Below are positions 26,909 through 36,206 of a stretch of 45,507 nucleotides of DNA, piece by piece (within the stretch, counting starts at the first letter, position 1; each line of letters begins with the position of its first letter). The DNA is from a bacterium UBP13_UBA5359 (lineage in GTDB: Bacteria > UBP13 > UBA5359). The notes under the pieces were generated by a model, which saw nothing but the letters and a program-made list of their open reading frames with translations, was not told where the DNA came from and searched no databases. The translations under genes were made by a program, and so were the position numbers. The stretch spans positions 454,397 to 499,903 of the forward strand of contig DHPR01000033.1 in the NCBI GenBank assembly GCA_002410925.1, given 5' to 3'.

Positions 26909-28102
26909 ATGAGACGCAGAGACAATAACGAAGGCGGCCTGACCTATGATGACACTAGGAAACGATGGGTAATCACCGCAACAACACTCGACGGCCGCCG
27001 TATATATAAATACCGTAAAGACCGCGACAAGAAGGATCGTGATACAGCTAAGGAGATCCTGCGCCAGCTCCTCGATGCCGTCAACGCCAACGACACCTCC
27101 TCCGGACAAACGCTCCAGGAGTATATAAACTATTGGTTCAGTGAGATTGCATCAAAGAAGCTGCGTCCATTGACGCTACAGCGCTATAAAGGCGTAATTG
27201 AGATATACATTCTGCCGGCACTGGGCGATTTGCTGATCGATAAGGTCACACCGGATCAGGTCCAGACCATGCTCAATAATATAGACCAGGCTCCGGGAAC
27301 TGTGCGCTATGTCCGCGCCGTCCTCTCCTCTGCCCTTGCAGAAGCCGTTAAACGGGGCAAGCTGGACCGTAACGTCGCTCAGATGGTAACCGTGCCTCGT
27401 ATCCCCTTCAAAGAGACCACATACCTTGATGTGAGGCAATCACGACGCTTCATAAGGGCAGCACGCACCCATAGCCTGGACGCACTCTTCTGCCTTGGTA
27501 TTGGCGTAGGGCTGCGCTTGGGCGAAGCCCTGGGCCTGCGCTGGTGTGATGTGGATTTCCGATCCGGCACCATCAAGGTCGTGCAGACACTACAGAACAT
27601 CGGCAATGAACGCGTCATCGGAGAAACAAAAACAGGCCGCAGCCGGCGCACTCTTCCTCTACCAAAGTTCTGTAAAGAGGCGCTTCAACGTCGCCGCGAT
27701 AGCCTGGCTGTAAAGCCCGCAGATGATGACCTTGTGTTCCTGACCTCTGCCGGCACGTCATACAACGCCAACAACGTCCTGCGCGCGCTCAGGAGCGTTT
27801 TAAAGACCGCTAAGCTTCCCAAGATACGTTTCCACGATTTACGGCATTCCTGCGCCTCTCTGCTGCTTGCACTGGGTGAGAGCCAGCGGCTGATAATGGC
27901 TATACTCGGCCACAGCAGCATCGGTGTTTCCATGAATACTTACAGCCATGTTATGCCGGCATTAGAGAACGAGGCCATGAATAAACTGCATGATACACTA
28001 AGCAAAGAGCCGCTAAAATGCAGGCTTTTAAAGCGAACTGTTGTCCTAACTGTTGTCCCAAAACAAAAAACGGGCTCCGGTAAAACTCCGGAACCCGCAT
28101 AA
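26909..28102 (+). CDS. int: Tyrosine integrase
   Basis: GLRLGEALGLRW, KT, FHDLRHS, LGHS, YSH catalytic motifs. Confidence 0.97.
   Translation: MRRRDNNEGGLTYDDTRKRWVITATTLDGRRIYKYRKDRDKKDRDTAKEILRQLLDAVNANDTSSGQTLQEYINYWFSEIASKKLRPLTLQRYKGVIEIYILPALGDLLIDKVTPDQVQTMLNNIDQAPGTVRYVRAVLSSALAEAVKRGKLDRNVAQMVTVPRIPFKETTYLDVRQSRRFIRAARTHSLDALFCLGIGVGLRLGEALGLRWCDVDFRSGTIKVVQTLQNIGNERVIGETKTGRSRRTLPLPKFCKEALQRRRDSLAVKPADDDLVFLTSAGTSYNANNVLRALRSVLKTAKLPKIRFHDLRHSCASLLLALGESQRLIMAILGHSSIGVSMNTYSHVMPALENEAMNKLHDTLSKEPLKCRLLKRTVVLTVVPKQKTGSGKTPEPA
28036..28058. repeat. Tandem direct repeat, probable integrase arm-type sites
   Basis: AACTGTTGTCC x2 with 12-bp period, about 50 bp from the tRNA 3' end. Confidence 0.65.
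28060..28097 (-). terminator. Terminator downstream of tRNA-Thr (phage-supplied)
   Basis: CGGGTTCCGG/CCGGAGCCCG hairpin followed by TTTTTTGTTTT on minus strand. Confidence 0.75.
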
Positions 28103-28106
28103 ATAC

Positions 28107-28182
28107 TGGAGCCGACGAGCGGGATTGAACCGCTGACCTACGCATTACGAGTGCGTCGCTCTACCAGCTGAGCTACGTCGGC
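28107..28182 (-). tRNA. tRNA-Thr(CGT), prophage attachment site
   Basis: Full cloverleaf GCCGACG...ACGCA-CTCGTAA-TGCGT...GGTTCAATCC...CCA. Confidence 0.97.
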
Positions 28183-28202
28183 GAATCATTTTACGCTATC
28201 AG

Positions 28203-28232
28203 ATTCTATCATTACAAAGCCGTCGATGTCAA
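28203..28232 (-). promoter_or_regulatory. Sigma70 promoter of tRNA-Thr
   Basis: TTGACA-18-TAGAAT. Confidence 0.7.
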
Positions 28233-28275
28233 TTATTCGAATTATAAAATTATGACATTGCATATATAAAATAAC

Positions 28276-28773
28276 TTACTGGTAATTGCTGATATGTATG
28301 GCAGCATAATACCTGGAAGCTATCTTTTTATCATTGGTCAGGAGCCTGGCTCCGCTCAATTCCGCTTCCGCCAGATAAACGGTCTTACTCATCTCCAGAT
28401 CATCCGCCATAGCCATCTCCACTGCCCGGCAAGCGCTCTGGGCACGTAGAGGCATAATTATATGCATATCATACATAGTCTTCAAAGCAGCGGCTATATC
28501 CGTTCCGGTAAGCCCGCCATGTTTTTGCAGAAGATCGGCCAGGTGAAAAAGAATGCAATCCGGCACAGTCAAAGAGATATGGCCTCTGACATAATCCTCT
28601 CTTATCTTGAGAGCGGCTTCAGATGCCTCGTCACGAATAAACCAACGAGAAATCACGCTGGGATCCAGTATGTATATCGGCTTGATGAGGTAAATATAGC
28701 CTGGAGAATATTCTCCATTCTCCTTTGAGGCATTCTCACACAGAATATAATGCAGTAGCGCATCTTTGCTCAT
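28276..28773 (-). CDS. PIN-domain (VapC-like) protein with degenerate active site
   Basis: YILDPSV..W, VP, Y.A.A....L.TND; start after GAGGAGG. Confidence 0.8.
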   Translation of the reverse strand: MSKDALLHYILCENASKENGEYSPGYIYLIKPIYILDPSVISRWFIRDEASEAALKIREDYVRGHISLTVPDCILFHLADLLQKHGGLTGTDIAAALKTMYDMHIIMPLRAQSACRAVEMAMADDLEMSKTVYLAEAELSGARLLTNDKKIASRYYAAIHISNYQ

Positions 28774-28795
28774 GCGTATTACCTCCTCATCGCCC

Positions 28796-29020
28796 TTAGG
28801 CGATATATTCTGCCAGGCGCTCGGCCAAAGTGTCCTGCTCTGTGACAGCATCTTTCAAAGCCTGTATTCTCTCTTCCACCTTCTCCTCTAAATGCAGATA
28901 ACGAGCATACAGCTCTACCGAGCGGCGAATATACTCTGACCTGGTCAGGCCGTGCCGACGGGCATCTTCATCAAGGCGAACGATAACTTCATCAGGTAAA
29001 GAAACGTTTATTTTTGCCAT
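28796..29020 (-). CDS. Ribbon-helix-helix (CopG/VapB-like) antitoxin
   Basis: INVSLPD......LD..A...G.TRSEYIR. Confidence 0.88.
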   Translation of the reverse strand: MAKINVSLPDEVIVRLDEDARRHGLTRSEYIRRSVELYARYLHLEEKVEERIQALKDAVTEQDTLAERLAEYIA

Positions 29021-29038
29021 ATCAACACCTCCCATAGC

Positions 29039-29067
29039 AGAATAGCAAACGTTTGTTCTTTTGTCAA
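29039..29067 (-). promoter_or_regulatory. Promoter of the TA pair with a LexA-box-like site in its spacer
   Basis: TTGACA-17-TATTCT; spacer contains GAACAAACGTTT. Confidence 0.65.
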
Positions 29068-29268
29068 GCTCTTAAGAGGTAAAAATTTAACCCTGTTAAT
29101 ACCCCCTCGCCCATATAGTAAGCCTTCAGCTAAGAATATTCGAAGATCTTATGCCGGCAAGCGTAAAAACGATCCGGTGATAGTATTATAAAATACCAGG
29201 CCGAACATAAATTCTCTGTCTTTTAAATAATATTGCACAGGGCGGAAAGGATATCCGCCATACTCGAC

Positions 29269-29379
29269 ATGAAAGCCCGTGCGGTTGCCGGTCTCTCCAA
29301 TAGGTTTTTGGATAGTTCTGCTCTAACTTCTGCTCTAACTGCTACCAAAAAGAAAATGCGGCTCAAGCGTAAGTCTTGA
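29269..29379 (+). pseudogene. Possible integrase C-terminal remnant with arm-type repeats
   Basis: MKARAVAGLSNRFLDSSALTSALTATKKK; TTCTGCTCTAAC x2 at 29316-29339; same layout as the intact int end. Confidence 0.45.
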
Positions 29380-29388
29380 AAGCCGCAT
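29347..29388 (-). terminator. Terminator downstream of tRNA-Phe
   Basis: ATGCGGCT..CAAG/CTTG..AGCCGCAT hairpin plus T-rich tract on minus strand. Confidence 0.7.
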
Positions 29389-29403
29389 CACCACTTAAAA
29401 AAA

Positions 29404-29479
<76 letters not shown>

Positions 29480-29616
29480 ACACCCTCCCGTTTCAAAGGA
29501 AGCTTGATTATTTTAGCATCGGCATAGGCTTATGTCAATGCAAATCAGAAAAATCGGATTACCTGCAGGCAAGACGCATAGTTATACTTTATCCTTGCCT
29601 GCAGGCACATGCTTAA

Positions 29617-30957
29617 TTAGATTCTTATAGAAACTTTTGCCGGCTTGAACTGTGTCAGCCAATCAGCATTGGCGGTAAACATCTTATCCACCATCTCTCT
29701 GATCTCAGCCAGGCTGAGCACAGCGGAGGTCAGCGGATCAAAATATATCGCCTGATAGATCATTTCTCTGTCTCCTGCCAGGCTTCCTTCTACCGCCAAT
29801 TCTTCACATCTGGCGCTGATATTGTTCATCAAGGCCAGTTGCGGCGGCAATTTCCCAACATGTAAGGGATTCAGCCCCCGGCGTGAAGCCAGAACCGGAA
29901 CCTCCACGCAGCAGCCTTCAGGCAGATTGTCTATCAGGCCGAAATTACGTACGTTGCCGTTAAACTCATACAGGGTGCCATCGCCTATAACGGCATTGAA
30001 AATACTGGAAGCATACTCATGTCCTCTCTCCAAATCAATCGGCTTGTCCAGTTCTTCTTTGATATTATCCCGCCAGGTGTTAGCTGTTTCCATGTAATAA
30101 TCTCGGATATAAGCGTAAACCCCGGGGTTCCATCCCGTACCATGCGTGCAATATTTCTCTATCAGGTCGGGGCGTTTCCTGAACCAGGCATTGTATTCGG
30201 AGTTGTGCCCACTGGATTCGGTAACATAGTAGCCCAAATGAATGAACATTTCATTGCGAACCTGTTCTTCGTTATATATCTCAGTTTTTTTGACCGCCTC
30301 CCTGAGCAGAGGATAAGCATCCTGGCCGTTCCATTTGTAATCAAGATACCAGGCCTGATGATTTATACCGGCACAAAGATAGGTTACCTCTTCCATAGGT
30401 GCGCCTATCCATTTGGCAAGCATTTCAGCCGTCCCCTGTACACTGTGGCAAAGCCCGCTGATAGTCAATTCCGGGAATTTATCCTGCATGGCCCGACAGA
30501 GCATGGCCATAGGATTGGTGTAATTAAGAAAGACGGCTTGCGGGCAATAGCGTTCTATATCTTTACAGATATCCAGCATCACCGGAATAGTGCGCAATGC
30601 TCTAAAAATGCCGGCCGGCCCTCTGGTATCCCCTACGTTGATATCCACGCCATATTCTTTAGGAATCTCCACATCTTTACGGAAGACGTCCACTCCGCCC
30701 TGCAAAATGGTGCAGATTACACCATCAGCTCCGGTAAGAGCTTCAACCCTGTCCATGGTTGCCTCCACTCGGGCGGAATAATTGCCGGCCGTCACTATCT
30801 TATCTACCGCCGCCTTAATAAAAGAGAGCCGTTCGGCATCTATATCCATAAGGGTGATAACGGCATCAGAAAAAGCAGGATAGGTCAATATATCTTTGAT
30901 CAGCCGTCTGGTAAATCCAAAGCTTCCTGCTCCTACAAAGGCTATTTTTTTCGGCAT
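29617..30957 (-). CDS. melA: Alpha-galactosidase, glycoside hydrolase family 4
   Basis: [34 protein letters not shown]. Confidence 0.92.
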   Translation of the reverse strand: MPKKIAFVGAGSFGFTRRLIKDILTYPAFSDAVITLMDIDAERLSFIKAAVDKIVTAGNYSARVEATMDRVEALTGADGVICTILQGGVDVFRKDVEIPKEYGVDINVGDTRGPAGIFRALRTIPVMLDICKDIERYCPQAVFLNYTNPMAMLCRAMQDKFPELTISGLCHSVQGTAEMLAKWIGAPMEEVTYLCAGINHQAWYLDYKWNGQDAYPLLREAVKKTEIYNEEQVRNEMFIHLGYYVTESSGHNSEYNAWFRKRPDLIEKYCTHGTGWNPGVYAYIRDYYMETANTWRDNIKEELDKPIDLERGHEYASSIFNAVIGDGTLYEFNGNVRNFGLIDNLPEGCCVEVPVLASRRGLNPLHVGKLPPQLALMNNISARCEELAVEGSLAGDREMIYQAIYFDPLTSAVLSLAEIREMVDKMFTANADWLTQFKPAKVSIRI

Positions 30958-31080
30958 GTCTATCTTCCTCTCTTAATTTGCCATTTTACGTGCAATTATT
31001 AATGTTCTGCCTGTATTATATCAGATTGCATATCTTTAAAATATTCCATTATGTTGGCTCTTTATGGTAAAATGTGACTT

Positions 31081-31962
31081 ATGCATACTATTAAAAGCGC
31101 CGGCAACACACCGGGTAAGAGTCGTATATACAGAAGCATTGATCTTCATTTTCTCTTTTGCGGTATGGAGGCATGTGCTCCATCGCACTCCTTTGGTCCT
31201 GCAGTCAGGGGTAATTATCTTATCCATCTGATCATAAGCGGCAAAGGAAGATTCCGCCTTGGTGATCAGACATGGGAACTCCACCAGGGAGAAGGCTTTT
31301 TAATATATCCGGATGTCTTGACTTATTATGAGGCTGACGCTGCCGATCCCTGGACATATGCCTGGCTTGGCTTTGGCGGTATCATGGCAGCCGATTATCT
31401 GGCAGCTGCAGGATTGTCAAAAGAGCAGCCTATCGTTAATTTTGATACAAAGAGCCGAACACTTCAGCTTCTGCTGCAGATGCAGGGCGCCACGGCTATT
31501 AAACAGAGTGATATCCTCCATTTACAGGGTTTGCTCAATCTCTTCATTTCATCGTTAATGGATGAAGCGCCACAGGCACCCAGAGAGCAAAGTGGAAAAG
31601 GCAAAGAACGCCTTTACGTGGATTGGGCTAGAAACTTTATTGAGGCCAACTACTATAAGCGCTTGAGAATCGCCGATATTGCCGCTCAGGCCGGGCTGAA
31701 CCGCAGTTATTTCTGTCGTATCTTCAAGGAGGACACGGGGCTCCCCCCTATGTCATACCTGCTGAGCGTACGCATGCGCAGAGCCGCCAATCTGCTCAAA
31801 AACACTGAATTAACTGTGAACGAAGTAGCTGTATCGGTAGGATATGGCGATCAATTGGTCTTCTCCAAGGCCTTTCGTAAGTTTTACGGCTGCTCCCCTC
31901 TGGCTTACCGAGCCGGCCCTTTCAGGATTAACACCCAGGACAGCTGCTGCTACTCGGATTGA
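31081..31962 (+). CDS. AraC-family regulator (MsmR/MelR-like)
   Basis: Cupin CG.E.C.P.H.FGP...Y.AD..DPW; C-terminal double HTH; divergent from melA. Confidence 0.92.
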   Translation: MHTIKSAGNTPGKSRIYRSIDLHFLFCGMEACAPSHSFGPAVRGNYLIHLIISGKGRFRLGDQTWELHQGEGFLIYPDVLTYYEADAADPWTYAWLGFGGIMAADYLAAAGLSKEQPIVNFDTKSRTLQLLLQMQGATAIKQSDILHLQGLLNLFISSLMDEAPQAPREQSGKGKERLYVDWARNFIEANYYKRLRIADIAAQAGLNRSYFCRIFKEDTGLPPMSYLLSVRMRRAANLLKNTELTVNEVAVSVGYGDQLVFSKAFRKFYGCSPLAYRAGPFRINTQDSCCYSD

Positions 31963-33038
31963 AGGCTTACCAGAAGAAGTTCGACAGAAGAACGCTCATC
32001 GATAACGGTGCCGGATTTCAGATCTCTATCCAGTTGATGAAGCTTTACCAGCGCCTGTGCAGCTCGTTGCAAGCCGTAGTGTGCGGCCTGCAAAGTTATT
32101 TTGCGCTGGACAAAGGGATGCTGCGCGGCCAGCGATATTTTTTTATCCTCGGGCAAAAACCTGCCCTTCTCTTCTCCTTTCAAGGCTGCTCCCTGCAACA
32201 GAAAGCGAAAATGCCTGGCCAACATGGTAACGATATAGATAGCCTTGCCGCTATCCGGTATGGTCAGCATCTCCCATAGGCGTGAAAAGATCTTCAATGC
32301 CTGCGCTCGTTTTCCTTGTCCCAGGCCATCTATCATCTCAAAGATATCGGCTTCAGCGTTATAACAGCCGATAGCAACGATATCCGCTGGTTTTATCTCC
32401 TCTTTTGCACCGACATAGGCTATTGCTTTGTCGGCTTCGGAGAAGAGCAGCCCGGCGCTACCTCCGGCCATATCAATAAGCATTTGAGCAGCAGACCGGC
32501 TGAAACGCTTGTCGGCACGTCGTCCGCGTTCACCTATCAGCCGCAGCAGGCGCTCTGTTTCCTGTGCATCATGACCGTATTTCTTGCCGCTGGCAAAGGT
32601 AAGATTAATGTAAACTCCCCTCTCTTCCACCAGGCGAGCCAGAGCTGCCCTGAGCGCAGGGGTACGTCCGCCTTGTTCCTCTTCCCTATCATAAGTGAAG
32701 AGGATGACTATAACGGTGGCCGGATCGGGGCACTCTAAATATTGCTTCAGAAGCTTGATATCGGCATCACTGACAGCTTGCGGTGAGCGCAACAACAGTA
32801 CCTGTCCCCCGCCAAAGAGTGACAGCGTAGAGGCTTCGTCCAAAGCATCGGCCAGCCCGGACACGCTCAGATCCAAGCTTTTTATATCCTTGAGCCCCGC
32901 ATCCGAGCTGATGACACGGGATGCAATCATGCGCAACAATCCCTCATAAGGAAAATCTCCGGGGCCGGCCAACAAATATATGGGCATTACTGCCTCCCTT
33001 TTAAGAAAGGCAACCGCATTATAAGCATCAATCTTCAT
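31950..33038 (-). CDS. holA: DNA polymerase III delta subunit
   Basis: PIYLL.G, SLFGG, E.DK...Y, IF.M.D, D..LKSG; downstream of comEC. Confidence 0.88.
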   Translation of the reverse strand: MKIDAYNAVAFLKREAVMPIYLLAGPGDFPYEGLLRMIASRVISSDAGLKDIKSLDLSVSGLADALDEASTLSLFGGGQVLLLRSPQAVSDADIKLLKQYLECPDPATVIVILFTYDREEEQGGRTPALRAALARLVEERGVYINLTFASGKKYGHDAQETERLLRLIGERGRRADKRFSRSAAQMLIDMAGGSAGLLFSEADKAIAYVGAKEEIKPADIVAIGCYNAEADIFEMIDGLGQGKRAQALKIFSRLWEMLTIPDSGKAIYIVTMLARHFRFLLQGAALKGEEKGRFLPEDKKISLAAQHPFVQRKITLQAAHYGLQRAAQALVKLHQLDRDLKSGTVIDERSSVELLLVSLQSE

Positions 33039-33255
33039 TTGATGCTCCCAACTCCTTGAGAAGCTCCTGCACATCCTTCTTCCGCCTGTATCCGGTAACT
33101 TTATCCAGCCTTAAAAGGCAATAAACGGCATCCCCTTCCTCTGCCTCGGGCAGAAGAGTGCAAGCCATCGTTATTTCCGCACCTTTATTGGTGATGAGGA
33201 TGACTTTATCGCTTTCAATACGATCTACTATGGCGATGATGCTCTTCCCTTTCAT
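33028..33255 (-). CDS. DUF3006-like protein
   Basis: IVDRIE...LPEA.EGD motif; follows comEC. Confidence 0.8.
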   Translation of the reverse strand: MKGKSIIAIVDRIESDKVILITNKGAEITMACTLLPEAEEGDAVYCLLRLDKVTGYRRKKDVQELLKELGASNED

Positions 33256-35525
33256 CGTTTCCGCTCACCCCTTATCTTCAATCTCCGGCCATCTGTATCT
33301 ACAATTATACTGCCATGTTGGTCTGTACGATAAACCTCGACGCCCGCTTGCTGTAATCGCTGCAGAACCCCTCTGTCGGGATGCCCATAATCATTATCGC
33401 GACCTACGGAGATAATGGCTGCCATCGGCCTGACTGCTTTTAGAAATGATGTGCTACATGATATTCTACTACCGTGATGAGGCACTTTCAATACCCGAGC
33501 ATCAAGCCGGCATCCGAACAGGGCTTCTTCTCCGGCCCGTTCGATATCACCGGTAAAGAGAAAAGAGGCTTTGCCGTAATCCAGGCGGCAAACTACTGAG
33601 CTATTGTTAAGATTAAAATCCTTGCCTTGTAAGAGCTCCTTATCAGGGCTAAGTATCGTTATGACGGCTCCTCCTCCGGATATGACCAGTCCTCGTTTCG
33701 CCTGTCTAAACGGAATACGCCTTTTCTTTATCTCCAGAAGAAAGCTTTTGTAAGCCGATGAACTATGCGGCCGGCAGCTATCAAGAACCTCATCGATCTT
33801 TATTCCATTAACAACGGAGAGCAGCCCGCCCAGATGATCGTAATGCGGATGTGTCAGAATAACGGCTCTGAGCCGGCCGATGCCCATGCTTCTGAGCCGT
33901 GTTGCCAGTGGTGCCTGCCCGCCGTCAATAAGAACCTTTTCACCGTTTGGCAAGCGAATCAACACCGCGTCACCCTGTCCTACATCGAGAAAGGTTATCT
34001 GCAGACGACTGTCAAACCTGTCAGCATAGTATCCGGTCACAACTGTGGCTACAATAATCAGCAGCGCATATATGATCACCTTGTTCCTCTTACGATTCTT
34101 CCTCATATCAGAACCGTAGCGAGCCAGGGCAGCCAGGCAGAGATAATAGCATCCTATTATCCAGAGCGACGGTGAAGCTATAGTCAAGGACATAAGTGGC
34201 ACCTTGTCCAGCAACCGTATCAAGGCAGCCACCAACACCAGCAATCCCTGATTGACCAGGTTCACTCCCTGCGCCGGTGACAAACTGATCAGACCCAACA
34301 GATCCGCCGCCAGCCCCAGGGGAACTGCAGGCGAGATAAGTGGAACCACCAGCAGATTTGCCAGAGATGAAAGTGGTGATATTGTTCCAAAATGCCTGGC
34401 AATAATGGGTATTACGGCCAATTGCGCCCCAACAGAGGCTGCCAGCGCCAAAGCCATCCAACGAGGCATAAAATCGAGACAGCGCTCCAGAACAGGGGTC
34501 AGAGTTATCAAACCCAGAACGGCAGAGAAGGAGAGCTGAAAGCCCGGCTCGTAAAGAGACCAGGGGTTATAGAGCAAAATCAACAATGCCGCTCCGGCCA
34601 GGCTGTTCAGATTATTACCGCGACGTTCAAAAATTATTCCTGCCAGACCAATCAGCGCCATAACGGCAGCCCGAGTTATTGATGGCTGTCCGCCTACTAT
34701 TGTAGTATAAAGCAAAACAACGAGCGCCGCACCAGCAGCGGCAGTGCGTGTGGAGAACCTCAGCCATTTAAAACCGGCAATGACAGAGCCCAGAATAAAT
34801 GCCACATGAAGACCTGATACTACCAATGTATGGATTGTTCCTGTTCTACGAAAAGCATCTGACAGCTCTCTATCTATGGCTGAAGCATCCCCCAGCACCA
34901 GGGCGTTCATCAGAGCTGCCTGCTCTTGGCCCAGCGTACGCTTGTTAATATCCAGAAGATGCTGCCTTAGCCGGTACAATCCTCTGCTCCGGGCGCTGGA
35001 AGCGGCCTGCCCGATAATCTCCATATGATTGCCCAGTAAAAGATAACGGCCACGACCAGAGGAAACCAGACGTCCATTCACTCGCAGCAGATCGTTCCAG
35101 GCAGGCAATTCAGCTTCCCTGATTATCAAACGCAATGGAGCCTCCCAGACTTTCTCCCTGCCCTCATGCCAAAGTCTCAGCGCTCGGCCGGTGATATAGA
35201 GCTTTTCTTCCCTCTTTACCGGATTTTCCGTTACTTTAAAGAGAAGCTCAACCTCTCCATTCTGACCTGGCGGAGTAACTGCTCGGCCATGGCTCTCCGA
35301 GCGTGCAGCACCTATGGCAATAAAAAGCAATATTATGAAAAGCATGGGTAACCGATTGTTATTGAAAAGAGAAGCGATTTCTCCTTTGCCGCCCCATAGA
35401 TAGATAACCGCACCTGATAAGGCTAACAAAGCGATCGATATCCAGGCAGCAGCCGTCAAAGGCAAATAAGGCTGAATTATTATGCCTGAAGCAAAGGATA
35501 CAGCCGGCCATAACAGGGGATTCAT
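33252..35525 (-). CDS. comEC: Competence protein ComEC/Rec2
   Basis: H.LVVSGLHV, GFQLSF, DVGQGD, THPHYDH, FTGD, HHGS, YGHP. Confidence 0.96.
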   Translation of the reverse strand: MNPLLWPAVSFASGIIIQPYLPLTAAAWISIALLALSGAVIYLWGGKGEIASLFNNNRLPMLFIILLFIAIGAARSESHGRAVTPPGQNGEVELLFKVTENPVKREEKLYITGRALRLWHEGREKVWEAPLRLIIREAELPAWNDLLRVNGRLVSSGRGRYLLLGNHMEIIGQAASSARSRGLYRLRQHLLDINKRTLGQEQAALMNALVLGDASAIDRELSDAFRRTGTIHTLVVSGLHVAFILGSVIAGFKWLRFSTRTAAAGAALVVLLYTTIVGGQPSITRAAVMALIGLAGIIFERRGNNLNSLAGAALLILLYNPWSLYEPGFQLSFSAVLGLITLTPVLERCLDFMPRWMALALAASVGAQLAVIPIIARHFGTISPLSSLANLLVVPLISPAVPLGLAADLLGLISLSPAQGVNLVNQGLLVLVAALIRLLDKVPLMSLTIASPSLWIIGCYYLCLAALARYGSDMRKNRKRNKVIIYALLIIVATVVTGYYADRFDSRLQITFLDVGQGDAVLIRLPNGEKVLIDGGQAPLATRLRSMGIGRLRAVILTHPHYDHLGGLLSVVNGIKIDEVLDSCRPHSSSAYKSFLLEIKKRRIPFRQAKRGLVISGGGAVITILSPDKELLQGKDFNLNNSSVVCRLDYGKASFLFTGDIERAGEEALFGCRLDARVLKVPHHGSRISCSTSFLKAVRPMAAIISVGRDNDYGHPDRGVLQRLQQAGVEVYRTDQHGSIIVDTDGRRLKIRGERKR

Positions 35526-35532
35526 AAGAGCC

Positions 35533-36153
35533 TCAATTTATGCAAACGTGATCTTTAAGCTTATCGTATTTCTTACGGCCTATGCCGGGGATCTTCATCA
35601 GGTCATCGGTGTGGCGAAAGGAGCCGTTTTTATCTCTATATTCTATAATTTTCCTGGCTGTAGCCGGCCCTACTCCCGGCAGGGTATCGAGCTCTCCTTC
35701 ATCGGCAGTGTTCAAATTGACCGACCCATTTGATAATGCCCTCTTCCCGGTGGATTGAGCGGAAGCGGCGCTTCCGCTGACTGGAATCTCTATCTTCTGT
35801 CCATCATGCACCGGCGCAGCCATATTCAAGGCTGAAGTGTCTGCCCAACCGATAGCTCCCCCGGCCGCCTCAACAGCCTGATAAACCCGAGCACCTGAAG
35901 ATAGACGATAAACTCCCGGCCGCAGCACGGCGCCGCAAACATGTACCAGGCAGATAGTATTATCCTGCTCCGCGGTAATTTTATCAGTATTTGATACCGC
36001 AGAGGATGTCGCTTCCAGCGACAGAGCTTCACCGCTGCGCCTAATCAGCGTTCGGTGTCCGATGACAGCCAGAAACACCACTGCCACCACCACAAGCGCT
36101 ACCTGTTGTTGTCTGCTAAGATTACTTAACAAAAGATACCCCCAAGCCAGCAA
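35533..36153 (-). CDS. comEA: Competence protein ComEA (start uncertain)
   Basis: TM, SLBB (VHVCGAV..PGVY), HhH (NLNTA...LPGVGP, IPGIG). Confidence 0.95.
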   Translation of the reverse strand: MLAWGYLLLSNLSRQQQVALVVVAVVFLAVIGHRTLIRRSGEALSLEATSSAVSNTDKITAEQDNTICLVHVCGAVLRPGVYRLSSGARVYQAVEAAGGAIGWADTSALNMAAPVHDGQKIEIPVSGSAASAQSTGKRALSNGSVNLNTADEGELDTLPGVGPATARKIIEYRDKNGSFRHTDDLMKIPGIGRKKYDKLKDHVCIN

Positions 36154-36206
36154 GCAAGCTCTTATTAAGTATCATAAACAGGCTTCAATGCTTTCTCTCT
36201 TCCAAA

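Larger units (their letters stand above)
1..28106. mobile_element. Prophage (lambda-type head, contractile tail) integrated at tRNA-Thr; left part outside window
   Basis: Ordered tail, head, packaging, replication, cro/cI and integrase genes; integrase stop lies 4 nt from the tRNA CCA end. Confidence 0.97.

Noticed and set aside
27951-28145. 64-aa minus ORF over tRNA-Thr and the int end; likewise 29422-29616 over tRNA-Phe
   Set aside because: Overlap tRNA genes; spurious.
29248-29275. DIRHT peptide resembling integrase HDLRH box
   Set aside because: Different frame from the putative C-terminal remnant and too close to it; likely chance.
30019-31002. 327-aa plus-strand ORF
   Set aside because: Antisense to melA, which has clear GH4 motifs.
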